Assembly: GCA_038748685.1 (NCBI GenBank)
Contig: JBCDIS010000002.1
Coordinates: 2,226 to 66,225, forward strand
DNA: 64,000 bases
Source: Acidobacteriota bacterium
GTDB lineage: Bacteria > Acidobacteriota > Thermoanaerobaculia > Multivoradales > J023
Direction of reading: 5' to 3'
The position numbers were made by a program, and so were the translations under genes. This document shows positions 1 to 10,124 of this stretch, piece by piece (the first letter of the stretch is position 1; the number at the start of each line of letters is the position of its first letter). The notes beneath the pieces are model-generated. The model was not told where the DNA came from, ran no database searches, and worked only from the letters and a program-made list of their open reading frames with translations.

Positions 1-250
1 CGCCCTCTTGGCCCTGTGCGCCCACCTGGGGGGGGCGCAGGCCACCGTCGACCGCCTGCTGGCCCAGGAGATCCGCATCTACGCCCTCGACGAGGACGTC
101 TCGCACCTGACCTTCCTCGACGCCGTGATGCAGGATCTGCGCAACGGGATCCAGCTGGCGGTCCAGGGGGGGAACCTCCAGATCACCGACCCCGACCTCT
201 CCCACCACCCGGCCCTGGTGCAGTGGATCGGCGGCTGCGCGGGGACCTGA
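1..250 (+). CDS. C-terminal fragment of an upstream gene, hypothetical (partial, start outside window)
   Basis: ORF in frame 2 runs from the window edge to TGA at 248-250. Strong GC3 bias consistent with coding. No recognisable motif. Confidence 0.45.
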   Translation, partial: ALLALCAHLGGAQATVDRLLAQEIRIYALDEDVSHLTFLDAVMQDLRNGIQLAVQGGNLQITDPDLSHHPALVQWIGGCAGT

Positions 251-321
251 CGACGCCCCCGGCAGCCGAGCCCGTCCAAGATCCGGATCGCCGGAGGGCA
301 GCCGAAGCCCTGGAGGACTCC

Positions 322-1482
322 GTGGCGCGGTGGCGGGGCTGGCCGGTGGGCCTGCACGCCGCCGCCCTCCTACTCCTCGTGGGGGTGGTGGCGTGGCGCT
401 TCTGGCCCCAGCTCACCGACCCCCTTCCCCGCATCGACGAGAGCTTCTACCTCGGCGCCATCGACCGGGTGGCGGAGGGGCGATCGCCGTTCGGCCAGGA
501 GGGCTATTTCTACCCCTCCGCCATGGCCTACGCTGGCGCCGGCGTCGCCGCCGTGGCGCAAAGTCTGGGCTTGCCGGGGGAGGGCACCGTCTCGGCCCTG
601 CTGCGGCTGGCCAACCTGCTGGGGTCCGCGACGATCCTGTGGTTCTCGGTGGCCTGGGCGCCGGGATCGTGGGGACGGCGCCTCCTCCTCGCCGCGGCGC
701 TGGCCTGCCTGCTGCCGGGGGTTCGGCTGGCGATGCTGACCGGGAACCTGTCCCTGGCGGTGGTCCCGGCGATCCTGGTGGGGCTGTGGATCTGGCGCCG
801 ACATCCGGTGACGGCGGGGATCCTGCTGGGGGCCTCGGCGGCGGTCAAGCCCCTGGCCCCCGCGGCGGTGCTGGCCCTCGGCGTCCACCGCCCGACGACC
901 CCCGGTGTCGGCTGGCGGCATCGCCTCGCGGCGGCGGTGGCCATCGCCCTGGCGGCCACCGCCATCCTCGGCTTCCCCCACCTCGGCGAGCTCCTCCACC
1001 TGGCCCAGGACCAGGTGCTCAACACCCGCACCTTTTCGGTACACCGGGTGCTCCTGGCCCTGGGGCTCGCGGTGCCGAAATTGGCGGTGCAGCTGGCGGT
1101 GGCCCTCGGGGTGGTGGTGATCGCCCGCCGCCGGCCCATGGGCCCCACCCGCTTCCTGATCTTCGGCGTCGTCGCCGTCACCCTGGCGGCCCCCATGCTG
1201 TGGAACCACACGCTGCTGGTGACCCTGCCGATCCAGGTGATGGCGGTGCGACTGGCCTGGCGGCGGTGGGGGCGGCACGCCTACGGCCTCTTCGGTGAGG
1301 GGCGGATGCGGTTCTACGGCCTGGTGCTGGTGACCCTCGCCGTCGCCGCCATTCAGTTTTGCGACGGCGTCGACGGGGTCACCACCCAGGGCCGCTGGCT
1401 GCAAATCCTCGGGTTCGGCGTCCCGACCTTCGCCCCCGCGGCCCTGGGTCTCTTCGTCGTCTCCTATACGGACGACATCTAG
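322..1482 (+). CDS. Polytopic membrane protein, DUF2029/GT87-like glycosyltransferase fold (putative)
   Basis: About 10 predicted hydrophobic helices and an Ala/Leu/Val-rich composition typical of polyprenol-dependent membrane glycosyltransferases. No in-frame ATG exists. Earliest plausible start is GTG 322, just after the stop of the upstream gene. Start is uncertain. Confidence 0.6.
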   Translation: MARWRGWPVGLHAAALLLLVGVVAWRFWPQLTDPLPRIDESFYLGAIDRVAEGRSPFGQEGYFYPSAMAYAGAGVAAVAQSLGLPGEGTVSALLRLANLLGSATILWFSVAWAPGSWGRRLLLAAALACLLPGVRLAMLTGNLSLAVVPAILVGLWIWRRHPVTAGILLGASAAVKPLAPAAVLALGVHRPTTPGVGWRHRLAAAVAIALAATAILGFPHLGELLHLAQDQVLNTRTFSVHRVLLALGLAVPKLAVQLAVALGVVVIARRRPMGPTRFLIFGVVAVTLAAPMLWNHTLLVTLPIQVMAVRLAWRRWGRHAYGLFGEGRMRFYGLVLVTLAVAAIQFCDGVDGVTTQGRWLQILGFGVPTFAPAALGLFVVSYTDDI

Positions 1483-1514
1483 CCCGGATTTTTACCGCTA
1501 GCCGAGCGGCCGGA

Positions 1515-2303
1515 TCAGCTGGCGCCGGTGCCCACCTCGTGGAGGGCGAAGGCCGCCCCCTGGGGGTCGAGACACTGCACCACCCGATCGCCGCCGGGCA
1601 CGTCCATCGGTTCGTGGAGCACTTGGCCGCCGGCGTCCCGAATCCGATCGAGGGCCGCCTCCAGGCCGTCCACCCGCATATAGCAGAGCCACGCCGACAC
1701 CGGCATCCCTTCGGGTCGGTTCATCATGCCGCCGGCGGGGGCTTCGGCGGGCGCGTCGGGGTGGGAGAAGAGCTGGTAGATGCCCGCGTCCCCCCCCATG
1801 TCCATGGGCTCCCCGGCCTTCCAGCCGAAGAGGGCGCTATAGAACTCCAGGGACGCCCGGTGGTCGTCGCTCATCAGCTCGTGCCACGAGACGTGGCCCA
1901 CCGGAGGCTGGGCCGGCTTGGGGGTGGGGTCGTTCAGGGTGATGGGGGCGATCACGGCGCCGTAGGGGTCGGCGATGGTGGCGAAGCGGCCGACCTCCGG
2001 GATGTCCTGGGGCGGAACCACCACCGAACCCCCGAGCTCGGCGACCTTGGCGACGGTGGCGTCGACGTCGGGGACGTGGACGTAGGCAATCCAGTGTGGG
2101 GGCACCCCCATCGACTTGGCTTCTGCGGGGAGCTCCATCACGCCGCTCATGGGGGCTTCGTCCACGGTGAACATTGTGTAGGGCATGGGGCCGTCCCAGG
2201 GCAGGCTGCCCCAGCCCAGGACCTTTCCGTAGAAGCCCTGGGCGGCGGTGGGGTCGGAGGTCATGAGGTCGTACCAGACAAAGTGGCCTGAGGCGTCGGA
2301 CAT
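1515..2303 (-). CDS. VOC (glyoxalase/bleomycin-resistance/dioxygenase) superfamily protein with two tandem VOC domains
   Basis: 262 aa. Sequence GFYGKVLGW...HWIAYVHVPDVDATVAKVAELGGSVV, and a second repeat SLEFYSALFGW...AWLCYMRVDGLEAALDRIRDAGGQV, match the VOC pattern. Confidence 0.8.
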   Translation of the reverse strand: MSDASGHFVWYDLMTSDPTAAQGFYGKVLGWGSLPWDGPMPYTMFTVDEAPMSGVMELPAEAKSMGVPPHWIAYVHVPDVDATVAKVAELGGSVVVPPQDIPEVGRFATIADPYGAVIAPITLNDPTPKPAQPPVGHVSWHELMSDDHRASLEFYSALFGWKAGEPMDMGGDAGIYQLFSHPDAPAEAPAGGMMNRPEGMPVSAWLCYMRVDGLEAALDRIRDAGGQVLHEPMDVPGGDRVVQCLDPQGAAFALHEVGTGAS

Positions 2304-2483
2304 CGGAGGTCTCCCTTGGTGGCGCGCCCGGTCGGGCGCCTCGTTTCGTGAACTCGCGGGTTCATCGATGCGGGCTTCGGGTTTCCCTTGGATACGGCGA
2401 TCGTAGCCGCCGGTTGCGGCTGGGGCGGAGTCCCCGCTTCGAAGCGCGTTTTTGGCCCGAACGGGGTTCGGCCTCGGGTTCGG

Positions 2484-3506
2484 CTACCGCCCGCCGTCGA
2501 GGAGCTGGGAGGCGGTGACGAAGGCGTACCCGGCGCTGCGGGCGGCGGGGATCTCCGCCGCCAGGGCTTCGAGGGTCTCGGGGTACGGGTGGGCGATGCC
2601 GAGGGCGCCCCCCCTGGCTTCCGCTTGGCGTAGCAGCTCCGCGAACTGCGAGCGGATGGCGGTCACCTCGCGGTCGTTGTCGAGGAAGACCTGCCGTTCC
2701 CCCGCCGGCACCCCGAGCTGGCGGGCGAGGCTGTAGGCCACCGTGTCGGCGGTGGTGCGGGAATCGACGAAGAACAGATTCCGGCGGGCGAGCTCGCCGA
2801 GCACGGCGGACATGGCGTCGCGGTCCGCCACCATGGCGGAGCCCATGTGGTTGTTGACCCCCACGGCCCCCGGCACCGCCTCGATGGCCCGGCGGGTGGC
2901 GTCGGCGATCTGCTGCGCCGACATGGACGTCGACAGGGCGCCGGGACCGGGATCGTTCCCCCCCTGGGGCTCCATCGGCAGGTGACAGAGGATCTCGTCC
3001 CCCCGCCGTTGCAGCTCCGCCACCACCGCTTCGGTGCGCGCCTCGTACGGCAGCACGGCGTAGGAGAGGGGAACCCCGAGGGCCCCCAGGTCCCTCACGT
3101 CTTTGACGCTGCGCCCCAGGTCGTCGATGACGATGGCCACCCTCGGCGCCCCCCCGGGCCACGGCCCCGGTGGAGGCTGGCGGCGGATCTCGACGGCGGC
3201 GCCGTCACTCCCCGTTTCCCGAGCCGCGGGGGACTCGGCGTCGCCGCCGTCCAAAGTCCCCGTGGACGGGGTCGCCTCGGCGGCAGGATCGGGGGTGGGT
3301 TTCGAGGTCGGGGCCGACGGACGGGGAGCCGGTGGGTCGGCGGGATTCGAGCCGCCTCCGGCGAGGTCAGCCAGCTCCGGCTTGGCCGGCGGGCGGGTCA
3401 GCTGGTAGCCGAGGTAGAGGCCGGCGGCGAGAACGGCCGACGCGAACAGCGCGAGGACCGCCTTCGCGCCCACCGTCACTTGGGGGCGACGTCGATTCGA
3501 TGGCAT
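2484..3506 (-). CDS. Divergent polysaccharide deacetylase, YibQ-like
   Basis: N-terminal TM anchor, Pro/Ala-rich linker, then RVAIVIDDLG...VNNHMGS (NodB-like divergent deacetylase core). Sits 18 bp downstream of ctpA, as in envC-yibQ clusters. Confidence 0.8.
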   Translation of the reverse strand: MPSNRRRPQVTVGAKAVLALFASAVLAAGLYLGYQLTRPPAKPELADLAGGGSNPADPPAPRPSAPTSKPTPDPAAEATPSTGTLDGGDAESPAARETGSDGAAVEIRRQPPPGPWPGGAPRVAIVIDDLGRSVKDVRDLGALGVPLSYAVLPYEARTEAVVAELQRRGDEILCHLPMEPQGGNDPGPGALSTSMSAQQIADATRRAIEAVPGAVGVNNHMGSAMVADRDAMSAVLGELARRNLFFVDSRTTADTVAYSLARQLGVPAGERQVFLDNDREVTAIRSQFAELLRQAEARGGALGIAHPYPETLEALAAEIPAARSAGYAFVTASQLLDGGR

Positions 3507-3524
3507 CGGAGGTCCGTCGGGCCG

Positions 3525-4736
3525 TCAGGCGGCGACCTTCTCTTCGTCCTCGGCGCCGTCGCCCAGGAGCTGGTCGAGCCCCCGTTCGAGCACCGGGTCC
3601 TTTTCGGCGTCTTCGTCGTCCGCCAGCCACGGGGCCACCCGCACCCGGACGTCCGGGTCGAGGGCCTCGTTGATCGGGGTCTGGTCGGGGCCGGTGAAGA
3701 ACGCGTGGGTCACCTCGAGGCGCCCGCCGTCGGAGAGGGAAATCATGCGCTTGCGGCCGGAGTGGCCGAAGGTGGCCTCACCCACGAGGGTCGCCTCGGT
3801 ACTCTGGCTCAGCACGCTCACCAACACCTCGGCGGCCCCTTGGGTCCCCCGGTCGATGAGGACCGCCAGGTCCCCTTGCCAGGGGGAGTCGCCGTCGGTG
3901 GAGAAGGATTCGAGGGCCTTGTCGCGGCTGCGCAGGGAGCCGAGGTCGCCGCTGGTGAACAGCCCGGCGACGGCGTAGGCGACGCTCTCCTCACCCCCCG
4001 CGACCCCCCGCAGGTCGATCAGCAGCTTGCCGCTCTGCTCCAGACCCGGCAGGCCTTCGGATCCGCGGGTCAGGGTACGCAGGCTTTCCTCGACGCTCGC
4101 CAGGGTCCCATCGTAGAAACCCGGGACCCGCAGAACCGGGACCCCGCGGTGCTGTTCGAGGACCACCGCTGGACGCTCGTACTCGCCGAGGGTCAGCTCG
4201 ATGTCGTCCTTCTGGCCGTTCCGCAGACGCTCCACCTCGATCACCGTCCCCGGTTTCCCCGCCAGCACGCCGTGGATCTCGTAGAGGGGGGTTTCGCGGG
4301 TGGGCCGACCCTCGATGAGGGACAGGATGTCCCCCTTTTCGAGCCCGGCCTCGTCCGCCGGACTCCCTTCCTCCACCGCCACCACGAAGGCGACGCCGCG
4401 GTCCTTGAGCACCAGCATGCCGCTGCGCTTCGAGCCGACGGTCCTGGCCTGTTCGTAGGCGGTCACGGCTGTGGCGGGGATGTAGAGGGAGAAGGGGTCG
4501 AGGGCGTCGACGGCCCCCTCGAACGCCCCGGCCATGAGGGAGGCGTCCTCCGGCTCGTCGACGTAGGCCTTGGACACCAGCCCGAAGACCTCCATGAAGA
4601 CGGCCATGTACTTGTACGGGGAATCGCTGCCGTCGTCATCCTGGCGATTCGACGCGGCGACCATGGTGCTACCGATGACCAGGAAAACGGTGGTCAACGA
4701 GAGGAAGATGAAGACGACTCGACCTCGGCTCAACAT
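3525..4736 (-). CDS. ctpA: S41 family C-terminal processing peptidase
   Basis: Signal/TM, PDZ region (GDILSLIEGRP), and S41 core (LIDLRGVAGGEESVAYAVAGLF; GTQGAAEVLVSVL). Confidence 0.85.
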   Translation of the reverse strand: MLSRGRVVFIFLSLTTVFLVIGSTMVAASNRQDDDGSDSPYKYMAVFMEVFGLVSKAYVDEPEDASLMAGAFEGAVDALDPFSLYIPATAVTAYEQARTVGSKRSGMLVLKDRGVAFVVAVEEGSPADEAGLEKGDILSLIEGRPTRETPLYEIHGVLAGKPGTVIEVERLRNGQKDDIELTLGEYERPAVVLEQHRGVPVLRVPGFYDGTLASVEESLRTLTRGSEGLPGLEQSGKLLIDLRGVAGGEESVAYAVAGLFTSGDLGSLRSRDKALESFSTDGDSPWQGDLAVLIDRGTQGAAEVLVSVLSQSTEATLVGEATFGHSGRKRMISLSDGGRLEVTHAFFTGPDQTPINEALDPDVRVRVAPWLADDEDAEKDPVLERGLDQLLGDGAEDEEKVAA

Positions 4737-4868
4737 GAAGGTGACGGCTCCGGAATTCTGGGTGGGGTGCGCCGGGGGGGAAGGCCCCGCAAGCGGAGGG
4801 CTCAGAAAGGGTTACGGGTGAGCTTCGCCCAAGGTTCTAGCCCTGGGGCGGGGGAGGGTCGCGGCGGC

Positions 4869-6023
4869 TCAGCGCAGCCATTCTCGGGGGTTCTGGGGCT
4901 GGTTCTCGATGCGTATTTCAAAGTAGAGGACGTCGGTGGCGACGCCGATCACATCCCCCAAGGCTAGCACATCCCCCTTGCCCACATTCAGTAGGTCGAG
5001 GCCGGCGTAGAGGGTGAAGACCCGGCCCGGGTGGTGGACCACCACCATCGTGCCGTAGCCCTCGAAGGTGGAGGCGTAGAGCACCTCCCCCGGGAACACC
5101 ACCCGTACTTTGTCGCCGGCTTGGGTGGCCAGGTCGAGGCCGTTGTGGGGCACCTGGGTGCGGTATCTCGGGTCCGTGCGGGGGCCGAACTCCAGCGTCA
5201 CGTCCCCCACCGCCGGCCAGTCGAGGACGCCGCGGAAGTCCTGGATCGGCGTGCCGTCGAGGGACGCCGAGCCTTCGTCCGCCACCAGGGTCTCCACGAA
5301 GCGTGTGAGCTTCCGCTCCTTGTCTTCGAGGGCGCTGGCCTCCTCCGCCAGCCGCCTGCGTTCGCGGGTCACCCGATCGAGGACCCCCTGGTGTCGCCGT
5401 TTGGCGGCCACCAGGTCGTCCCGGCGCTGGGCTTCCTGGCCCCGCCACTGGGCGACCTCCTCCAGCTCCGCCACCAGCCGTGCCCGCTCGCCGGCGAGGG
5501 ACTCCCGCAGCTCGGTGAAGCGGTCCAGGTCCTTGCGGTCCCGCAGGACGAGGAATCGCAGCTGGCGGATCGCCGGCAGGAGATCCTGCCCCGTATCGAG
5601 GGCGAGGAAGAGGCGCAGGTACCCCTGTCGACCCAGGCGATAGAGCCCCGCCAGGCGGCGGCGCAGATCCCCCCGCACCTCCCCGAGGGCCACCTCCAGC
5701 TCACCGACGCGGGTCTCGGCGTCGGCGGCCCGGGCGCTGGCCAGGTCGAGGGCGGCGGTGGCCTCGTCGAACCGAGCCTGCTGGAGCTGAAGCTCCGTGC
5801 CGACCCGCTCCAGCTGATCCTCCAGGGTGGCCTCCCGGGAGCGCATGGAGTCGAGGCTCGACCGCAGCTTGGAGATCTGCTCGCGGATCTCCTCCAGTTC
5901 CTGCTCGCGGGTTTCGAGGCTCTGTCCCCAGACGGCGTGGGCGACGAACCCCAGGGCCGCCGCCAGGAGGGCGGCGCAAAGCCAGCGGAGCCGGGTCGGG
6001 GAGCGGGGCCTGGCGACGTCCAC
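4869..6023 (-). CDS. envC: Murein hydrolase activator EnvC-like (coiled-coil plus degenerate M23/LytM domain)
   Basis: Signal peptide, then about 230 aa of Glu/Arg/Leu-rich coiled coil, then C-terminal LytM domain (GLDLATQAGDKVRVVFPGEV...GTMVVVHH). Lies upstream of ctpA. Confidence 0.8.
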   Translation of the reverse strand: MDVARPRSPTRLRWLCAALLAAALGFVAHAVWGQSLETREQELEEIREQISKLRSSLDSMRSREATLEDQLERVGTELQLQQARFDEATAALDLASARAADAETRVGELEVALGEVRGDLRRRLAGLYRLGRQGYLRLFLALDTGQDLLPAIRQLRFLVLRDRKDLDRFTELRESLAGERARLVAELEEVAQWRGQEAQRRDDLVAAKRRHQGVLDRVTRERRRLAEEASALEDKERKLTRFVETLVADEGSASLDGTPIQDFRGVLDWPAVGDVTLEFGPRTDPRYRTQVPHNGLDLATQAGDKVRVVFPGEVLYASTFEGYGTMVVVHHPGRVFTLYAGLDLLNVGKGDVLALGDVIGVATDVLYFEIRIENQPQNPREWLR

Positions 6024-6035
6024 GGAATCAAGATA

Positions 6036-7076
6036 TCAGACCTGGGGCGTCGTCCCCGTCGTCGTTTCAGCCGGCACCACGCCGAGCCCCGGTCGGTCCG
6101 GCGGCACCATGCGCCCCCCTTCGAGGCGGGCTCCGTCGAAGGGGTCGTCGGCGATCAGCAAGGGGCCGTCGAGGTCGACGAAATCCACCAGGGGCGCCAG
6201 GTGTGCCGCCGCCGTCACCGCCAGGGAAGTCTCCACCATGCACCCCAGCATGATCTGCAGGCCGTGGGCCCTGGCCGTGGCGATCATCCGCAGCGCCTCG
6301 CCGACGCCGCCGCATTTCATCAGCTTGACGTTGATGCCGTCGAAGGCGTCCGCCAGCCTGGGGATGTCCTGTGCCCGGTGGACGCTCTCGTCGGCGAAGA
6401 TCGGCAGGGGGCTTCGCCGGCGCAGGGCCCGGGCCCCCGCCAGGTCATCGGCGGGGAGGGGCTGCTCCACCCACTCGACCCCCATCGACGCCAGCCATGC
6501 GAGCCGCTCCTCGGCGCCTTCCAAGGTCCAGCCCTCGTTGGCGTCCACCCGGATCGTCTGGTCGGTCACGTCCCGCACCGCCTCCAGCATCCCGCGGTCG
6601 TCGTCCGCCCCCATCTTCACCTTCAGGATCTCGAAGTCCCCCGCCCCCCGGGCCTTCTCGGCCATCCCCTCCGGCGTGCCCATGCCGAGGGTGAAGGAGG
6701 TCGGCGGCGCCGCCTTCGGATCGAGCCCCAGCAGGTCGTAGAGGGGCGCATTCAGGCGTTTGCCGGCGAGGTCCCGAAGCGCCATGTCCACCGCCGCCTC
6801 GGCGGCCCCCTGACCCGGCACCGCGGCCCGGGCGGCGGCCCCGTCGAATCGCCGCGGGTCGAAGGAGCCGAGGGCCTCCGCCATGGCCTCCACCGCCCCC
6901 GCCGTCGACCCGCGATCCTGCCCGTAGCGGGGCAGGGGCGCCGCCTCCCCGAGGCCGATGCGCTGGCCGTCGTCCACCTCCACCAGCAGGTTCTCCCGCC
7001 GGTCCGTGACCCCCCGGGCCAGCCGGAACGGGTGGAGCAGACGCAGGTCCAGGGGCCGGTGGCGGATCTGGATCAC
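6036..7076 (-). CDS. L-Ala-D/L-Glu (dipeptide) epimerase, enolase superfamily
   Basis: 346 aa. Enolase-superfamily capping plus TIM barrel, KVKMG...DANEGW...FADES...KLMKCGG motifs typical of YcjG/YkfB dipeptide epimerases. ATGA start/stop overlap with the upstream serine hydrolase. Confidence 0.8.
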   Translation of the reverse strand: MIQIRHRPLDLRLLHPFRLARGVTDRRENLLVEVDDGQRIGLGEAAPLPRYGQDRGSTAGAVEAMAEALGSFDPRRFDGAAARAAVPGQGAAEAAVDMALRDLAGKRLNAPLYDLLGLDPKAAPPTSFTLGMGTPEGMAEKARGAGDFEILKVKMGADDDRGMLEAVRDVTDQTIRVDANEGWTLEGAEERLAWLASMGVEWVEQPLPADDLAGARALRRRSPLPIFADESVHRAQDIPRLADAFDGINVKLMKCGGVGEALRMIATARAHGLQIMLGCMVETSLAVTAAAHLAPLVDFVDLDGPLLIADDPFDGARLEGGRMVPPDRPGLGVVPAETTTGTTPQV

Positions 7077-8581
7077 GGCTCCGGGTCCCGCACCGGCGTC
7101 AAGTACTCGTAGCGCTTGCGCAGTCGCTGCACCCGTCCGTCGTCATCGAGCTCGAAGACCACGGTCTCGCCGTCCCCCATGCGGAAGGTGTGCTCCCCCG
7201 CCGGCTCCAGCGGGGTCACGCTGCCGTCGGGGTCGTCGTCCGGTGGATAGCTGTGCTCGTACAACACCAGCTGGCCGTCCAGGACCATCGCCCGCGCTTC
7301 CCAGCCCCAGGGGTCGGTGTAGGTGCCGAGGTAGCGGTCCCAGGCCGGATCGGCCACCTTCGGCTGGGCCGGCGCCGCCGTGGCCGCCGCCAGGGCCGGT
7401 GCCACCGCGTCGTACGCCCGGCGACCGAAAAACGTGGGGCTAGCGTCGTCGGCGTTGGTGACCACGATCACGGCGAGGTCCTCGTCGGGCACAAGGAGGA
7501 AGTGCGTGCGGTGTCCGCCCACCCAGCCGCCGTGGGCGACGTAAGTGGTGCCGCCGCGCCTCGACACCGCGAAGCCGAGGCCGCGACCGCCGCTCCAGTC
7601 GTCCCGCACCCAGTGGGGGCGGTGCATCTCGCGGACCGTGGCGGGGCGCAGCACCGGGCCGTCGGCGGGGGCTTCGGCGAGGTGTAGGACGGCGAACCGC
7701 GCCAGGTCCACGACGCTCGACACGATCTGCGCCGCCGGGGCCACGGCCCGGGTCTCGTAGTAGAGGCTCTCCTGCCGCTGCCCGCCCCGCTGCCGCAGAT
7801 AAGCCGTCGCCAGCCGTTCGAGGGTCTCGGCGTCGGGGGCGGCGCGGCTATGGTCCATACCGAGGGGGGCGAAGATCTGGCTCTCCACGAACTCCGCCCA
7901 CGTCGTCCCCGACACCGCCGCCACCACCTCGCCGAGGAGGGTCATCCCCAGGTTGGAGTATTTGTAGCGCTCCCCGGGGGGGAAGATTGCCGTCTGCCCC
8001 GGCAGGGCCGCGATCAGCTCTTCCCGGGTGGGACAGTCATGGGTGGTCCAGTAGGGGAAGGCCCCCTCCCGCGGCAGACCCGAGGTGTGGGTCAGGAGGT
8101 GGCGGATCGTGATCTCGGGGACGTCCTCGAATGGACTCTGGATGGCAAACCACGGCAGGTGACGCGCCACCGGGTCGTCGAGCCGTAGCAGCCCGCGGTC
8201 CCGCAGCTGGAGGATCGCCGTCGAGGTGAACAGCTTGGTCACCGAGCCGATGCGGTACAGCGTGTCTGGGGCCGCCGGCGCGCCGGTGTCGAGGTCGGCG
8301 ACGCCGTAGCCCTTCGCCCAGAGGAGCTCTTGGCCTTGGACGATGCCGATCGACAGCCCCGGGATGCCGCGGTGCGCACGCTGCTCTTCGATCCAAAGGT
8401 CCAGCAGCGTCAGTGCGGCGGCCACCTTCGGATGCTCCGCCAGCGCTGCCCCACTCTGTGTGTGGGCGTTCTGGATGGGGGCAGCTTGGCTGACGTCGGC
8501 CCGAGTGACCGAGGTCCACGGGAGGGCACAAGCCACGGAGAGGGCGAGGGGGAGGATGCAGGTGCGGAGGTTCCTGGGCAT
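7073..8581 (-). CDS. Serine hydrolase, class C beta-lactamase / D-aminopeptidase-like
   Basis: Signal peptide (MPRNLRTCILPLALSVACALP), S-x-x-K active site (GSVTKLFT), YSN motif (YKYSNLG), HGG (VAHGGWVGG). Start set at internal ATG 8581. The 8644 start would add a non-signal extension. Confidence 0.8.
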   Translation of the reverse strand: MPRNLRTCILPLALSVACALPWTSVTRADVSQAAPIQNAHTQSGAALAEHPKVAAALTLLDLWIEEQRAHRGIPGLSIGIVQGQELLWAKGYGVADLDTGAPAAPDTLYRIGSVTKLFTSTAILQLRDRGLLRLDDPVARHLPWFAIQSPFEDVPEITIRHLLTHTSGLPREGAFPYWTTHDCPTREELIAALPGQTAIFPPGERYKYSNLGMTLLGEVVAAVSGTTWAEFVESQIFAPLGMDHSRAAPDAETLERLATAYLRQRGGQRQESLYYETRAVAPAAQIVSSVVDLARFAVLHLAEAPADGPVLRPATVREMHRPHWVRDDWSGGRGLGFAVSRRGGTTYVAHGGWVGGHRTHFLLVPDEDLAVIVVTNADDASPTFFGRRAYDAVAPALAAATAAPAQPKVADPAWDRYLGTYTDPWGWEARAMVLDGQLVLYEHSYPPDDDPDGSVTPLEPAGEHTFRMGDGETVVFELDDDGRVQRLRKRYEYLTPVRDPEP

Positions 8582-8647
8582 GTTGACGATCCTATCGCCC
8601 GGCGCGGGTCGGTCCGCTGCCCTGCCCCCGCGGTTCCTGGCCAATAG

Positions 8648-9145
8648 CTACCCCAGGATCTGCGGGTTGAGCCGCCACATCGCCCAGTTCAGCACGCTGG
8701 CGAAGCTCACCCACAACAGATATGGGACGAGGAGTGCCCCTGCGAGGGGCCGCACCCGCGAGAACGCCACCATCGTCGCCAGGATGAGTACCCAGAGGAC
8801 CACGATGTCGACGAACGCCCAGCCCCCCATCCGCCAGGCGAAGAACAGCCAGCTCCACAGTCCGTTGAGCACCAGCTGGGCGCAGAACAGGGTCAGCGCC
8901 CCCCGCACCGGACCCGCAGACCCCTGGCGCCAAACCAGCCAAGCGGCGATGCCCATGAGGGCGTAGAGGACGGTCCACACCGGTCCGAACAACCAGGACG
9001 GCGGCGCCCACGGCGGCTGGACCAGCTCCGAATAGAACGACGCCGCCCGAATCGAGCCGAACGCGCCGACGGCGGAGACCGCGAAACTCAGCGCTAGCCA
9101 GGCCACCAGGCCGGCGATCTGCTTACCTTTGGAGTAGGACGACAT
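8648..9145 (-). CDS. tspO: TspO/MBR tryptophan-rich sensory protein
   Basis: 165 aa. Five TM helices and Trp-rich pattern (WLFGPVWTVLY...WSWLFF...LWVSFASVLNWAMW). Confidence 0.85.
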   Translation of the reverse strand: MSSYSKGKQIAGLVAWLALSFAVSAVGAFGSIRAASFYSELVQPPWAPPSWLFGPVWTVLYALMGIAAWLVWRQGSAGPVRGALTLFCAQLVLNGLWSWLFFAWRMGGWAFVDIVVLWVLILATMVAFSRVRPLAGALLVPYLLWVSFASVLNWAMWRLNPQILG

Positions 9146-9345
9146 GGAGGGCTCCGGTGGTTGAGGGGCGAGTGTAACTCTTTGGGATCGCTGGAAGTGA
9201 AGTTAGGGTGCTCCTCTCGTCGGCGGGGCGAGCCCATCGCTAGGACCTTCTCTTGGTCTTTGCTCTTGGCTGAGATGTCACCATGTCCAAACTCCGGGTC
9301 TCACGATGTCGAAGTTGGAGTCGACCCTTAGTCTGGATGAGTCAT

Positions 9346-10124
9346 TCAGCTGCCTTGGCGGCCAAGTCGCCAGATGGTGATCTCTCCTTGTAGCGTGTTG
9401 ACGATCAGAGTCATATCGATCTTAGAGAAGTAGAATGCCTTAAGCACTCTGGGGTTTCCTTGGGTGATAGGGATTTCTTGAAATTTTCCGTATCTCCCAA
9501 TCCAATCGCTCGGAACCCAGGGATCTCCCATCGAGACGTTCAACATGACCCACTTTTGGGCGTTTTCACGGTATTGAGCGCTCTGTGCTGGTTCCCCTGA
9601 GCCAAGAAGGCTGATCCGAGCTGAAGAGGACAGGGGTCCCGCGAGGCCAGCTGCTCGAGACCTTGCATCTTTGAGCCCCCACCGCGGGTAGAGGGTCGCG
9701 CTGGCGGTGTAGGCGCCGGTAGGAAGGCTGTCAGTGGAGAAAACTACATCACCAACGCCCGAAGCGAGTCGTACTCGTTCGCTTTTTCCGATCCAGACAT
9801 CATCCTGTTTCTGATCCTTGAGAGACAAGTTCGCCATGACTTCAACGGTGCCGGGAACGTTTGTCTCGAAGCTCAAGCGCACGCTTCCATCTCCAGTCAG
9901 CTCAGGTTTGACCTTCAGGGAGTACTTCCTCGTGTCTACCTCCGGCACAATTCCCTCTTCGGGCTGGGGTCTTAGGGGTTGATCAGAAGCCTGATGGCGA
10001 TCCAAGGTTGTGGACTCGACACTGCCTTTCTTGTCTGGCCTCTCTCCCCTGTTTCGCGGCTCTTCCGATTTTGGGGCGCAACAGAGCGAGCTGGTCAAGA
10101 CGACTACGACGAGTGATCTGAGGA
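9346..10124 (-). CDS. Hypothetical secreted protein encoded in a low-GC islet
   Basis: Signal peptide MTSVLRSLVVVVLTSSLCCAPKS from ATG 10124. Local GC is about 48%, against about 69% in flanks. No recognisable motif. Confidence 0.55.

Noticed and set aside
2847-4967. 706-aa plus-strand ORF antisense to ctpA and yibQ
   Set aside because: Low-complexity Arg/Gly/Pro/Val-rich translation without motifs. It is fully antisense to two genes with strong family signatures. This is a GC-driven spurious ORF.
5031-7112. 693-aa plus-strand ORF antisense to envC and the epimerase
   Set aside because: Same reasoning: antisense to well-supported genes, and a low-complexity product.
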